Origin: Mobula hypostoma
Lineage: Eukaryota
Assembly: GCF_963921235.1 (NCBI RefSeq)
Contig: NC_086109.1
Coordinates: 5,148,001-5,212,000, forward strand
Direction: 5' to 3'
DNA length: 64,000 nt
The position numbers were made by a program, and so were the translations under genes. The stretch's first letter is position 1; the number at the start of each line of letters is the position of its first letter. Below, piece by piece: positions 1 through 12,784 of the stretch. The notes beneath the pieces are model-generated. The model saw only the letters and a list, made by a program, of their open reading frames with translations. It had not been told where the DNA came from and ran no database searches.

Positions 1-129
1 CTCTTTGCTATATTTGTAGTTTAGGAGGAACATTAGTGGTCAGGTGTGGGACCTAGTGGGAGATTCAGTTGATGGATGTCGGTGATAGTTTCAAAGCACC
101 AGTACTTCAGGTAAGATGCAAGTACGTTC

Positions 130-520
130 AGAATCAGAATCAGATTCAGGTTTAATATCACTGGCATGTATTGTGAAATTTACTAATTTTGTGGCAGCAG
201 TTCAATGCAATACATGATAAATATAGGAAAAAAACTGAATTTAGTGTAAGTACATATGTGTACATTAAATAGTTAAATTAATAAGCGGTACAAAAACAGG
301 AATAAAAAACGTGGTGAGGTAGTGCTTATGGGTTCAATGTCCATTCAGAAATCAGATGGCAGAGAGGAAGAAATTGTTCCTGAATCGCTGATAGTGTGCC
401 TTCAGGCTCCCGAACCACCTTCCTGATGGTAACAATGAGAACAGGGCATGACCTGGGCGGGGGGGGGGTCTTGAATAATGGACGCCACCTTTCTGAAGCT
501 GGCACCTATAATGGGACTGA
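130..520 (-). mobile_element. Rex/Babar-type LINE 3' fragment
   Basis: (ATTCTG)n-type tail and a degenerate 'HPGHALFSLLPSGRR' C-terminal motif, shared with many copies in the window. Confidence 0.65.
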
Positions 521-701
521 CTAATTTTACACCTCTCTTCAAACCAACACATTAGTCAAACTCATTCACTCACAAGTTCCTGAGACATCTTCATTTACAA
601 GTTGAAGCATAATAAAGGTTTTCAAGAAATAGAATCACAACAGAACAACATATTTAATAACCGGTCTACTGGATACTCAGCGCTTGAACTTTTAAACTCA
701 C

Positions 702-726
702 CCAGGCTCAGGATCAGCAGCAACAT
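702..726 (-). CDS. LAMB3: Probable first coding exon of laminin subunit beta-3 (signal peptide start MLLLILSL, phase-1 intron); whole exon 702-781; gene continues left of the window
   Basis: Minus strand: pyrimidine tract + cag acceptor (782-784), GAG-ATG at 726, 25 coding nt, then G|gtgagt donor at 701. Human LAMB3 also has a tiny signal-peptide exon ending in phase 1. Position and orientation upstream of and divergent from G0S2 match human synteny. Identity rests mostly on synteny. Confidence 0.6.
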
Positions 727-1129
727 CTCCACACTCAAAGGCAGCTTCTTATTGTTCTTTGACTTCTTCAAAGTATACGCCCTGCAAGAAGAAAAACACA
801 AAACTATCAGTATTTTTAAAGAAACATTCGGACTTTATTCAAACATTTGGAGAACCATCTGCCAATACAGAATTACTTTAAAACTAAAGTCAACTTTTGC
901 AACTGAAATCAAAACACAGTCATGTCAGAACGTATGTTCGTGGTTTCAAGTACCGAGCAATCCCATGCTCTTGAACGTTTCCAGATCATTGTAATTTTTC
1001 AATCCAATAAGATAATTCAAGTAAACAGCATTTTGAAATCCATAGATTGGATTTTCCATAATTTATTGGGAAGTGTTTATTCAGAAAAAAAATCTCCCAT
1101 TAATCCCGAAAGTCTGACTGCTACATTAC

Positions 1130-1270
1130 CGATGGTAAAATCTCCTGTCCCAGTGGTTGCCTGTCTTGTGATGTGATCCCACCTGGCGCAGCCCCGTCTC
1201 TGCCTCGACATGTGTGAGCTTCTGTTTTTAACTGACACTCCTGTCTGGGAGTGTCTCAGGTGAGCTGAGT
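1130..1270 (-). promoter_or_regulatory. Candidate non-coding exon 1 and promoter of the LAMB3-like gene
   Basis: Minus-strand donor cg|gtaatg at 1129, TATA-like TTAAAAA at 1225-1231, CAGGTG/CACCTG E-boxes near 1180 and 1257, in non-repeat sequence. Confidence 0.35.
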
Positions 1271-1609
1271 CCGCCGGTGATGAAGGAATGTCTCAGGATT
1301 ATTCACGCACACGCCCTGTGTTATCCCTGCCCTTGGGTCTAACACTTAAACATTGATCAGATCTCTCCGGTCTTTCCAAAATATTAACTAAATCACGCGT
1401 TCCTTTCCTTTTGTAAGAAAGATAATTAAAACGCTCTAGTATGTTTCGTTGCGTTCATTTTTTTAAAAATTAGCACCAATATTTTCAAGAACTTTTTACA
1501 GTTTATATTTCAGCATTACTATTTCAGTCTTTTGTACATTGGCTGTCAGGCTATATATAGAGATTTTTCTAACTTCTTTACTTCTCTCGAAATGCCTGCA
1601 AGAAAATCC

Positions 1610-2036
1610 CGCCTGGTACGGGGGTGGGGAGAAACATTGCACAGGATCGAAATAAGGGGCAGAGAGTTGTAAACTCAGTCAGCTCCATCGTGGTATCCAG
1701 GACATCTTCAAGGGGCGATGCCTCAGTAAAGGTGGGGACCATCACTCGGGACCCCCACCACCCAGGACATGCCCTCTTCTCAACAGGAAGGAGGTACAGA
1801 AGCTCGAAGGCAGGCACTCAGCGATTCAAGAGCAGCTCCTTCCCCTCTGCTATCAGATTTCTGAATGGACATTGAACCCGTGAACACCACCTCTCTACGT
1901 TCCTTATTTCTATTTTTGCACTGCTTATTTAGTTTGACTGTTTGATAATTCCCATATTTGCATGCATTGCATTGTACTGCTGCCGCAGCGCTAACAAATT
2001 TCACCACATATGTCGGTGATATTAAATCTGATTCTG
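1610..2036 (+). mobile_element. Rex/Babar-type LINE 3' fragment
   Basis: DPHHPGHALFS..GRRYRS..AGTQRFKSS.FPSAIRFLN motif, then AT-rich 3' UTR and ctgattctga tail. Confidence 0.7.
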
Positions 2037-3199
2037 AAGAAAATGAATTGAAGGTAGCATATTTTTAATTTTTTTTTATTAAGTGCAATCGTGAGCAACA
2101 GCCAGATCAGAAATGCTGATCAAGTCAACTAGTTCTCAAAGAGAACTTCTGATAGGCCAATCAAATGGTTCACTGCGGCTCAGCGATAGAACACAAAAAA
2201 AAATCATACGTACAATTAAGAAACATTTAAAAAAGTAGAAATGCTGGAGTCATGATGATCATGATGAAGTCTGCTGGAGAGAGACATTTATACACATGCT
2301 GTCCTCCATAATTCAAAGAGATTGAAGGGTAAGGTTGCAGGGTGACAAAACATGGCAGGAGCACTTGGAACTAAAAACTAATCCCTACCGGGAGAAAACA
2401 GCATCTATTCTTTCCGCACTGTTCTCCAGCAGTTTAAGGACTAGGTCCAGCCATGTATATGGTAACATGTACGTATTTTGATAATAAATTTACTTTGAAC
2501 TTTGACTCCAAGCAGTGCTCGGGGAACTTTCAAGCAAAGGGCTTTGATCAAATGTTTGTTTTAACACAAGATGGGTGTTTCACGGCCGGGGTGACGAAGA
2601 AACGTCTCTGTGAGATGTAGAGTACCCAGCAGAACGCCGAGGATAGGGCAGCCTGCTGAGCGGTGTTGGAGATCAGAATATTCACGTAGGGTTGTGACCG
2701 GGGCTGCTGGGGCCGTGTTTAAAGTGGAACACGTTTTGGTGATTGTGTGTTGAGGAATAACAGGGCTCTCTGTTCCGGGAATGGCGGGCCTTTGACAACC
2801 GAACCACACGCCTCAGCTCCAAGTACAACAGATGACACACCTCAGGCGGGGCTCCGACCGCTGGTGTAGACGGGAAACTGTTTCGACATTTAACCTGAGC
2901 GGTAGGAAAATTCTCGTAGAGAAAGCAGGGACAGAAGCTAGATGGAAGATTCGTATAACATAACCCTTATATTGATATACATACATCAACGTGTGTCTGC
3001 AACAGGGACAGAGAGACTGGAAAGAGGAGAGAGACGAGAAGACTGCATTTTCCAACCATCTACCACTCTCTGTAAAAAACCTGTCCCTCACACCTCCTGT
3101 GAAATTATGCCCTCTCTCCATGTTTACCCATAATAGTCCCAGCATTAAAATACACACACACTTCAAACTATGGTCTGGTCCTATCTATTACTTTCCTCC

Positions 3200-4660
3200 T
3201 GTCTGTTTTTATTGACCCTGACATCTACCTTTTTTCTCCGTCCCTCCAGCTTTCCAACCTGGTGCTCTGGTCCCCATTCCCCTGCCTAACTAATTTAAAC
3301 CCTCCCGAGTAGCACCAGTGATCCTCATGTCCGGGATATTGGTTCTCCTCCAGTTTTGGTGCAAGCTGTCCCTCTTGTACAGGCCATCCCTTCCCCAGAA
3401 AAGGTTCCAATTATCCAAGAACCTGAAACCATGCCCCCTGCACCAGTTTGTCAGCCACTGGTTTATCAATACTATTATCCTATTCCTGCCCTGACTAGCT
3501 CACGGTACTGGGAGTAATCCAGAGATGACTACCTCGGAGGTCCTGCTCTTCAACCTCTTCCCTAACTCCCTAAGGGACCTCTTTCCCCCTTTCTACCTAC
3601 AGTATGTTATTGGTGCCAACGTGCAACACGGCCTCTGGCTGCTCACCCTCCCTCGTTCTGCAGCTGCTCTGAAACCCCCTTGACCTGGGAGGCAACACAC
3701 CATCCTGGCATCTCTTCCACCGTCACGGAAAGATGAGAGAAAAACAGAATGGTGGGGGAAAGAGAGAGCGATGAGAAAAACAGAGAACGAGTCTCTTATA
3801 TATGCCTAATGAAAGGGTGCAGAGGAGATTTACCAGGATGTTGCCTGGATTGGGGAGCATGCCGTGTGAGAATAGGTTGAGTGAACTCGGCCTTTTCTCC
3901 TTGGAGTGATGGAGGAAGAGAGGTGACCTGATAGAGGTGTGTAAGATGATGAGAGGCATTGATTGTGTGGATAGCCAGAGGCTTTCTCCCAGGGCTGAGA
4001 TGGCGTTCATGAGGGGACACAGTTTTAAGGTGTTTGGAAACAGATGCAGAGGGGATGTCGGGGTTAATTTTTTCACACAGAAAGTGCTGGGTGCGTGGAA
4101 TGCACGGCCAATGACAATGGTAGAGGTGATACAATAGAATCTTTTAAGAGGCTCTTAGATAGGTACATAGAGCTTAGAAAAATAGAGGCCATGCAGTCGT
4201 GAAATTCTAGGCAGTTTCCTGAGTCGGTTACATGGTCAGCATAACATTGTGGGCTGAAGGGCCTGTAATGTGCTGTAAATTTCAATGTTCTATATTCTAA
4301 TGTGTCTGCCTGTACCACCCCTCTGTCTATGTATTCCATGTACCCACCACTCTCTGTGTAAAAAAACTATCTCTGATTTCCCCCTATACTTTCCTCCGAT
4401 CACCTTAAAATAATGCCCTCTTGTATTAGCCACCTGTCCTGGAAGAATGTTTCTACCTCTCCACTTGATCTACAGTATGCTTCTTATCTTGCACATCTCT
4501 GTCAAGTCACCTCTCATCTTCTTTTGCTCCAAAGAGAAAAGCCCTAGCTCGCTCACTTATCCTCATAAGCTATGCTCTCTCATCCAAGCAGCGTCCTGGT
4601 AAATTTCCTCAGCACCCTCTCTAAAGCTTCCACATCCTGAGGTGACCAGTTCCAGGTCAG
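3200..4660. mobile_element. Cluster of degenerate CR1 LINE fragments (ORF1 piece ~3280-3710 minus; 3' end ~3810-4300 plus; 3' piece ~4310-4660 minus)
   Basis: Similarity to the CR1 copies at 40430-42735 and 47930-48590 (RGDLIEVYKMMRG / RGHSFKV / FFTQRVV.AWN motifs). Confidence 0.7.
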
Positions 4661-4954
4661 GACCTGAACAGAACATTCAAGGACAGTTCATCTCCATCCC
4701 ACAAACCCAGCCTAAACAATACTCCAAGAAAGAAATCACGTCATTGGGTTTTGGAAAGTTTGGCTCCGTTCTGCCATCTGCATACTTGACCTCAAGAGCT
4801 CAAAGTGCACAGAATCCACCGGAACACAGGGTCCAGGGCAACTTTACCTAAACTAGTTAGAACTGAGATTCTAATAAGCATGTTTATAATCTGAAAGGAA
4901 ACAACATTATATTTTTTAAATTAGTTTATTATTTCAAATAATAAATAATATTAT

Positions 4955-5250
4955 TGTGGTTAAGGCATTGGACTAGTGATCTGAAGGTCGTGAGTTCGAT
5001 CTCCAGCCAAGGCAGCGTGTTGTGTCCTTGAGCAAGGCACTTAACCACACGTTGCTCTGCGACGACACTGGTGCCAAGCTGTATTGGTCCTGATGCCCTT
5101 CCCTTGGACAACATTGGTGTCGTGGAGAGGGGAGACTTGCAGCATGGGCAACTGCTGGTCTTCCGTACAACCTTGCCCAGGCCTGCGCCCTGGAGAGTGA
5201 AGACTTTCCAGGTGCAGATCCGTGGTCTCGCAAGACTAATGGATGCCTTA
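4955..5250 (+). mobile_element. tRNA-derived SINE (non-HE1 body)
   Basis: gtggttaaggcattggactagtgatctgaaggtcgtgagttcgatctc (A/B-box tRNA head) followed by gtgtccttgagcaaggcacttaacc. Confidence 0.65.
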
Positions 5251-5469
5251 ATTTGATTTATTATTTCAAAGGGATTCTTGACCATGCATGGGCAGATGGG
5301 ATCAGCATAGATAGGCATGATGGTTGGTAAGGATGTGGTTGTCCAAGGGGCCTGTTTCTGTGCTGTTCCATTTGATGTGTATCCCTCATCAATAGTCGTC
5401 TTCACTGGGATTTCCAAAAATGTGGGACCAAACCTCACCGGAAGTAATGATGGGTTTTCAGATGAAAAT

Positions 5470-6190
5470 GGATCTTAATCGGTTATGGGAGTGGGTGAAG
5501 AATGGGAAATGGATTTCGATACAGGTAATTGTAAGATGACAATCCTGGAAAGTCAAACTAGTATAGGATTAGTACGATGAACAAATTGTGAATGGAACAG
5601 AGGGGCCTAGGGATACAAGTACAAAGTTTGTTTAAAACTGTCTTGCAGGTAGACAGAGTGGTAACAATGGTGTTCACTGGCCTTCATCAGTCCAAGCGTT
5701 AGGTACGAAAGTTGAGAGATTAGGTTGCAGTTGTATAAACTGCTGGTGAGGCCGCACTTGGAGTACAGTTTTGGTTGCCAGGTTGTAGGAAAGATGTGTT
5801 TAAACTGGAAAAGAGTTCAGAAAAGATTAATGAGGATGTTACCAGGACTAGAGAGCCTGAGTTTTAGGAAGAGATTGGCCAGGTCAGGAGTTTACTCCTT
5901 AGAATGTAGAAAAATGAGAAGCAACCTTATAGAAAGGTTTAAAGTTATGAGAGGCAGGGATAAGTTTGATGGTAACAGTATTTTCTCTAGGGTAGGGAGT
6001 CCAAAACTAGGTGGGGGGGGCATGGATTTAGGCTGAGAGGTGAAAGGTTGAAAAGGGACCTGAAGAACAGCATTTCACCCAGAGGAGGGTGAGTATTTGG
6101 AATGAGCTGCCAGGGGAAGTGGCTGATCAGGTGCAATAGTATCATTTAAGAAGTACTTGGGGCAGGGCTTGGAGAGATATGGACTGGACG
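5470..6190 (+). mobile_element. Old CR1 LINE 3' fragment
   Basis: LQLYK.LVRPHLEY...RL.RMLPGL motif with frameshifts. Confidence 0.75.
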
Positions 6191-7279
6191 CGGGAAATTG
6201 GCACCACGGTCAGCAGGATCTGGTTGAGAGGGAGGAACAGGCCTAGTTTTGCTGCTGTTGTTTTGTTACTTGTTGCATTCTGCATTGTTCTGCCGAGCAC
6301 TGTGGGTATGCTATGTTGGTGCCAAATGTGTGGCACACTTGTGGGCTGCCCCCAGTGTGTCCTTAGGGTACGGTAGTTGTTAACGCTAACGATGCATCTC
6401 GCTGTTTGTTTTGATGTACGTGTGATAAATAAGTCCAAATCTGAATCATTTTGATCATTTTATGGGATCGTGATTTACTGCTGATCACATTCTGATTAAT
6501 CTGTCCAGACAAGCTCCCCGGATGTGGGTCAGGTTAATAATTATCTCATAAGTAAACACACTGCCACCCTCCCCTCCCTGTTCAATGAGGCAATAGACAG
6601 GTGTTAAAACCTGTCTGGGAAAAGTTACCACAAAAACCTGAAAGCATACTTGTAAGATATGGTTATCTGCTTGTTAGAAAAACGGATTTCATCTGGCATA
6701 ATACATCCATTTAGATCAGGATAAATCCGGTGAAAGTGAGCAGACAGAGAGGAAAGGAAATGGAAGATGCAGGGGTGAGCTGCAGCTACATGTGAGCCAA
6801 CTTAGGGTCGGTCCGGAGAGAGGGAGGATCAGACTGAACACACAATACGGGGAGGTAGAATTTATCTTCATGACATATCCCTTGTCTCACTCACTAACTC
6901 TACTCCTGTTTTCCTTAAGCAGCTCTCCACAATAGCCTGAAACGTCGACACTACTTCATTAACGGCTCTACCTTGTTATGAGCTTCAGGAGATTTAGTAC
7001 ATCACCGAAGACACTTGCTAATTTCTCTAGTTGTACGATGGAGGGAAATCTCCCTGGCTGTAACATGGCCTGGCGTGGAGGCGCCAATGTGCAGGATCGA
7101 AAGGGGCTGCAGAGGACAGTGGGCTCTGCTAGCTCCACTATGGGTACAAGCCTCCCCCTAACAAAGGACGTCTTCAAATGGCGATCCCTCAGGAAGCCAT
7201 CACTAATCACACACTCAAAGTTTCTGAGCAGCTCCACCATCAGATTTCTGAATGGTCCATGAATGTGACCATGAATGGG

Positions 7280-7612
7280 TGTCAGAGTGGAGATATGTCT
7301 CGATGAAAGGAAGTGTAAGGCTCTCCTTTCCTTTCGCTAGCCTGCAGGTCCCCCTTGGGCGAGATGTAGCACCTGCTTAGCCCCCCGATCAGGGTCACGT
7401 GAAGCCATGGAGCAGGTGGTGTGAGCATCACAAGTCCTGGCTATGTGACCACTGACCCTAGACGGACAATCTCTGAGGAGTATTGATAATGGCTGGGCTC
7501 ACCCGTCTTGTAAAGACACTGCCCAGAGGAAGGTAATGGCAAACTACTTCTATAGAAAAACGGCGAGAACAATCACGATTGCCTATGTCATACAAAAGGC
7601 ACATGATGATGA
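7280..7612 (+). mobile_element. RTE-related short non-autonomous element (GGTGGAGATACG family; other copies ~11910-12280 +, 29200-29570 -, 39840-40170 +, 48915-49290 -)
   Basis: Five recognisable copies, a BovA-like gaaggcaatggcaaaccacttc motif and a (TGA)n tail. Confidence 0.65.
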
Positions 7613-7909
7613 TATTGTAACATAGTAATGTTTTTATTATGTCTTGCACTGTACTGCTGCTGCAAAACAACAAAGTTTACAAGACGTCAGTGATAATAAA
7701 CCTGAATCTGATTCAAATTCCTTGGCAACTCTGGTTTGTAACTTTGCTTCCCCCAGGGCTGGTAATTCTTCAATATTCAGTTTTGCCAGGACCTGTAGAT
7801 GAAATGGTGCAGCTGAACTTTACCACCAGCTGACTGAGGCCAGACTGACAGACACAGCTACCTCACCGATGAGTCAGTGTTGAAAATCCAGTCATGTAAG
7901 CATGAGTCA

Positions 7910-7965
7910 CCCTAAACTCTGCCATGGATGGTCCCAAGCCCAGCTGCTAAGGAGGAGGGATGGGC
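7910..7965 (+). ncRNA. Twister ribozyme motif (P1 type)
   Basis: AA(7915-16), P2 CUCU/GGAG, GCC, P4 UGG/CCA closing loop UCCCAAGC, and GAGGG; the same core nucleotides as the rice twister. Confidence 0.75.
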
Positions 7966-8177
7966 ATGGGGCTACCAACACCATCCTGTAAAAACCCAGT
8001 GCTGCAGAAATGCCAACAGGAGCTCCCGAGGCCTCGTCCCTCAGTTAGGAAGGACCTTTGCCTAGAAGATGTGAAATGGGCCACACCTGGGACAATTTGG
8101 AAGACTGGCCCAGAACAGAGGTCTCTGGTGAGCTGACATCGGCGGCCTGTGCCCCAGCAGGGGCGATGGGCTGAAGA
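7915..8177 (+). mobile_element. Short RTE-derived bipartite element headed by a twister ribozyme motif
   Basis: RTE-type 5' UTR (ggtcccaagccc...ggaggagggatgggcatggggcta) joined to an RTE 3' end (..LAQNRGLW..GLCP). Confidence 0.65.
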
Positions 8178-8649
8178 CGGACAGATCATCCCAACACGAA
8201 TGAACACTTTTCATGTTTGTGCGTAACGTGCACGGTGAGGATGTTCTCTTCTGATGTATTCTGGATTTCTAGCATCTCTTGTGTTTACCATCTTTTCCGT
8301 TGTTTCTCACAACATCTGAGGATACACCTAGTCACGCCCAGGGGATTCATCCACCTTAATAAACACAAGAGGTTGTGTAGGTGCTGGAAATCCAGAGCAA
8401 CACGCACAAAACACAGGTCAGGCAACATCTACAGAGAGGACTAAATAGTCAATGTTTTGTGCTGAGTCCCTCAGTCCTGACGAAATTTTTGTGTGAGTGT
8501 TGTTAATGCATTTCAAGATCACCGACAGCAATTCTTTCATAATTTTTATTTATTTGTTTTAGAGATAGAGTACAGAACAAGCCCTTCTGGCCCAATGAGC
8601 CATACCACCCAGCAACCCACCTATTTACCTATATCCTAATCACAGGACA

Positions 8650-9081
8650 TCTCCAAGAGGACCACAAACTCGTCATAGGGTTTGGAAGCTTGCATGCCTC
8701 AGTGACCCAATGAGCTGTGTTGGCTGGAGTCAGGTCTTTATGCTTTGGCTCTTGGTAGGGTCATCCATACCAAACAGGTCAAAGGGTAGAGGACAGACTA
8801 AGAGTGGTCAACTGGTCCTCCAGGTTTGGGGGGTGGCGTGGTTCAGCTCAGGGCTAACAACCCTGACTGGTCAAACAAAATTGTTATGGAAACGGCAATG
8901 AAGGACTCTTCTATATCTGAGTGCGGTGATCTTTCAGAGTCTCCACCCGGGACTTGTATGACCGACAGTGAAAACCGAGAGGAAGCAACAGCCATGATGA
9001 AGGAAGCCCTGAACACCACCAGAGTTGGAGGACCTTCATTGCTGCCCTAAATGCCAGCAGTGTAATCGGCAGTAACAATCA
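8650..9081 (+). mobile_element. RTE-derived non-autonomous element with HDV-like 5' fold, inserted in a SINE
   Basis: 13-bp TSD TAATCACAGGACA at 8637-8649 and 9082-9094; same family as 21758-22184. Confidence 0.8.
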
Positions 9082-9769
9082 TAATCACAGGACAATTTAC
9101 CATGACCAATTAGCCTACTAACAGTGGGAGGAAACCAGAGCACCTGGAGGAAACACAAATATTCTTGGGGAGGAATGTACAAACTCCTTACAGAGGGCGA
9201 CGGAATTGAACCCCGAACTCTGGGATGCTCCCAGCTGTAATAGCAAGGCCCTACCCGCTACACTACTGTGCCAATACTGTCTGATACGTAAATAGATGTA
9301 ATGTGAGTTTTGGTATTAATTAGAGTTATATCCAGTAACCCAGAAAAATCTACCAAGTCCACGCTGCCCGATTACACCCGTGTGACAAATTAACCAGCTA
9401 ACCCGTACGTCTTTGGACTGTGGGAGGAAATGAGAACACTGGAGGAAACCCACACGGTGAAGGGGAGAACATACAAACTCCTTAAAACCTGTGTCAGAAT
9501 CGAACCCCTGTTGACATGCTTCAGGAGAGACTGTTCCCTTCCCCTCAATTCACACAACATCACAACCTCACCCATTCCCTGCAGCTCCACACATTGATTA
9601 CCTTAAGGGAATCTACTCTCTTCCCAGAAATCCTTCTGCTCTTAGTGTACTACAGAATCCTTTAGGTTTTAGTATGCTTTGTTATCTTATCTGCCCAGAA
9701 TATTTAATTATCCCCTGCTTCCTCCTAATTTACTTTTTAAAAGTACCCCTATATCTGGCAGGATAGCAT

Positions 9770-10040
9770 CGTGGTTAGCACAATGCTTTAGAGTACAGGC
9801 AACCCACGTTCAATTCCCGCAGCTGCCTGTAAGGAGTTTGTACTTTCTCCCGCGCGGGTTTCCTCCCGCTGCTCTGGTTTCCTCCCACAGTCCAAAGATG
9901 TGCCAGTTGGTAGGTCAATTGGATATTATAAATTATCCCTTGAATATGTTAGGATTAAACTGGGGCTGGATCACTGGGTGGTGCGGTTCGAAAGCCAGGA
10001 AGGGCCTAGTTTGCATTGTATCTCTATAGTTATAAATAAA
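9770..10040 (+). mobile_element. HE1/V-SINE-like tRNA-derived SINE (other copies e.g. ~9095-9270 -, 9370-9510 -, 12500-12785 -, 32900-32970, 37990-38210, 47390-47540, 51860-52170, 52950-53225, 53392-53672)
   Basis: tRNA head (gtggttagca...gttcaattcc) plus V-domain-like ggagtttgtac.ttctccccgtg...gggtttcctcc.ggtgctc.ggtttcctcccacagtccaaaga. Confidence 0.75.
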
Positions 10041-10184
10041 TCCCTTACGTAGAGGAGGAAGCCTGCTACCCCAGGGACGGTTGATCCCAGCAGCCTCCAC
10101 CTGACATATGACTCCTCCATTTCGCTGGCCAGACTCTGAGCATTGCCTGTCAACCAAAGTGCAGTGAGTTAGTTGGACAGACTG

Positions 10185-10733
10185 TACACGCAGTGCCACA
10201 ATACAAGTACACCTGTACACCTGTCCACCTGTCCACCTGCCTGTCAATGCAAGTATCTAATCAGCCAATCACCTGGCAGCAACTCAATGCATTAAAAGCA
10301 TGCAGACATGATCGAGAGGAGCAGCTGTGGTTCAGACCAAACATCAGAGTGGGGAGGAAATGTGATCTGAGCGACTTTGACCCTGCAATGATTGTTGGCA
10401 CCAGACAGGGTGGTTTGAGTATCTCAGAAACTGCTGACCTCCTGAGATTTTCATGCACACATATAGAGTTTACAGAGAATGGTCTGAAAAACAAAAAAAA
10501 TCCAGTGAGTGGTAGTTCTGTGGATGAAAATGTCTTGTTAATGAGAGAGGTCAGAGGAAAATAGCCAGACTGGTTCAAACTGACAAATAACCATATTTGG
10601 CATGTAGAAGAGCACCTCTGAACGCACAACATTTTGAACCTTGAAGTGGATGGGCTACAACAGCACTGAGTGTGTCATGAACATACACTCAGTGGCCACT
10701 TTATCAGGTATAGAAGGTACCTAATAAAATGGC
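10185..10733 (+). mobile_element. Non-autonomous Tc1/mariner DNA transposon (other copies ~15118-15470 and ~18995-21262, the latter interrupted)
   Basis: Tc1 N-terminal HTH remnant GRKCDLSDFD..MIVG.RQGGLSISETADLL, and cactcagtggccactttattagg-type inverted repeats. Confidence 0.7.
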
Positions 10734-12784
10734 ATAAACAAGACGCTGGAAGAACTGGGCAGGCCAGGCAGCACCCATGGACAAGTGTAAACAATCGACG
10801 CTTCAGGCCGAGACCCTTCATCAGGACTCCAAGCCGAGAAGCCTCAAAACGGACCTGGAAGCCATGTGGCATAAGATGGCGGCAAAGGCAAGTTCCCAGG
10901 AAGGATGCATGGCCATGGTAGTGTGACCGTGGCTGAGGGAGCACGTGGTCAAAGAGTCGGCGAGCAGCAGAGATCAGAGAGAGGCAGCAATGAGACAGGG
11001 TCTCACTGAACTCCCGTCGAAGGGAAGATTTAAATTTCTCCAGGGCGGGCATCCTTCGAAGAGTTTGCAGTCGTCGTGGTATCACAAAGACGAGAAGGTC
11101 TGCCACTGGCTGTACATTCACCCAGTGTACACTTTGGATAAAAGCACATATCACTTACGGGAATTGGGTTTGGTAACATAAATACAAGCTTCAAGTTGCT
11201 TAATTTGCTTTGTGATTGGTCACTCTGACTCAAAATAGTTTACAAATGAGGAAAGTAGGTGAAAGGTGAGTGGGGTCAGAGTACCTACATATTGGTTAGA
11301 ATGGCTTGGGATTGACAAAGATAAGATGGTTCTGGAATCGTAAACAACCCGTGGAAGATAACAGAACCTGCAGAAATCACTGGGGATCCAGCCTTCCTGT
11401 TTCAAATGAGAAAGTATGGTGCTGGGCAAATTGAAATCAAAGTATCACTAATGTATTTGTGTGAGAGTTGAAGTTTGTCATGATTCAAATTACAATTCAA
11501 ATGGTATCATTCAAACTTACTTCCTCTATCCTTATTTATGCAAGAACAGGCAAGTTACTTTTCTGAATGTTGTTGTTCCTCTCTGTGCCTTGTGGTGCAT
11601 CAGACAGCAGCTTTGCTGTTTTAGCATTTTTGTCTCTTTTTTGTTTACAAGGCTAAGGTGCTAGCTGAATACTCAGCCTAGCACTGATGGAAAGCCGGCA
11701 AGGAGTGTAGCCGGGACAGTGGGCCTTGAACTGTGGAGTGGATGCCACCACATCACAGGCCAACTTTTTTCTGAATGTGTTTGTTTCCTTACATCCAATA
11801 ACTCAGGACAGGGATACACTGTCATGGGAGTTCCAAGAAACTTATTATCAAAGTGTGGATATGTCACCATACACTACCCTGTGATTCCATTTCTTGCGGG
11901 CATTCACAATAGAGATACGTCTGCACCAAAGGAGGTGTAAGGTGCTCCTTCCCTCCATGAGCCTGCAGGTCACCCTTTGGCAAGATGTACCACCCACCAC
12001 CCCCTCCGATCAGGGTCACACGAAGCCACGGGAGCAGGTGGTGGATGGTCGTATGAGCAGCTGGTGCAGATCACAGGTCCTGGTTATGTGACCACTGACG
12101 CCAGGCAGACAATCTCTGAAGAGTATTGATAACGGCTGGGGTCACCCATCTTGTAAAGACACTGCCCAGGAGAAGACGATGGCAAACCACTTCTGTAGAA
12201 ACATTTGCCAAGAACAATCATGGTCATGAAAAGACCATGATTGCCCACGTCATACAACAGAGAACATAATGATGATGATTCACAGCAGTACAGAGAAATA
12301 CAATGGAATCAATGAAAAACTGCACACAAAGGCGGACAAACAGACTGAGATTGAGCAGAATGTCAATTGATCAGTAGGGTGGACAGTGGTAGGGGTACAT
12401 TCTGTCTTGTCTTGCCCACGTGAAGCGTCAAATCCCCAGATGAGCACACTGGTGACTTGCATTCCTGCAAGGCCTGACTCTCCAGCTTTTTAAAGATTAG
12501 CTTTATTTACCACAAGTACATCGCAACATGCAGTGCTACTCATCGTTCTGCGTCAATGACCAACACAATCCAAGAATGTGTTAGGGACTAACCACAACTG
12601 TCGCCATGTTTCCTGCGCCAACTTAGCATGCCCACAGCTCACGAACCCTAATCCGTACGTCTTTGGACTGTGGGAGGAACATGGAACACCCCGAGGAAAT
12701 CCACACAGTCACGGGGAGAGTCTACAGACTCCTTATAGTCAGCAGCAGGAATTGAACTTTGATTGCTGGTGCTGTAAGGTGTTA

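Noticed and set aside
10860..11181. Possible exon or promoter (AAGATGGCGG, acceptor near 11043, 78-aa ORF)
   Set aside because: No recognisable homology or consistent splice pair.
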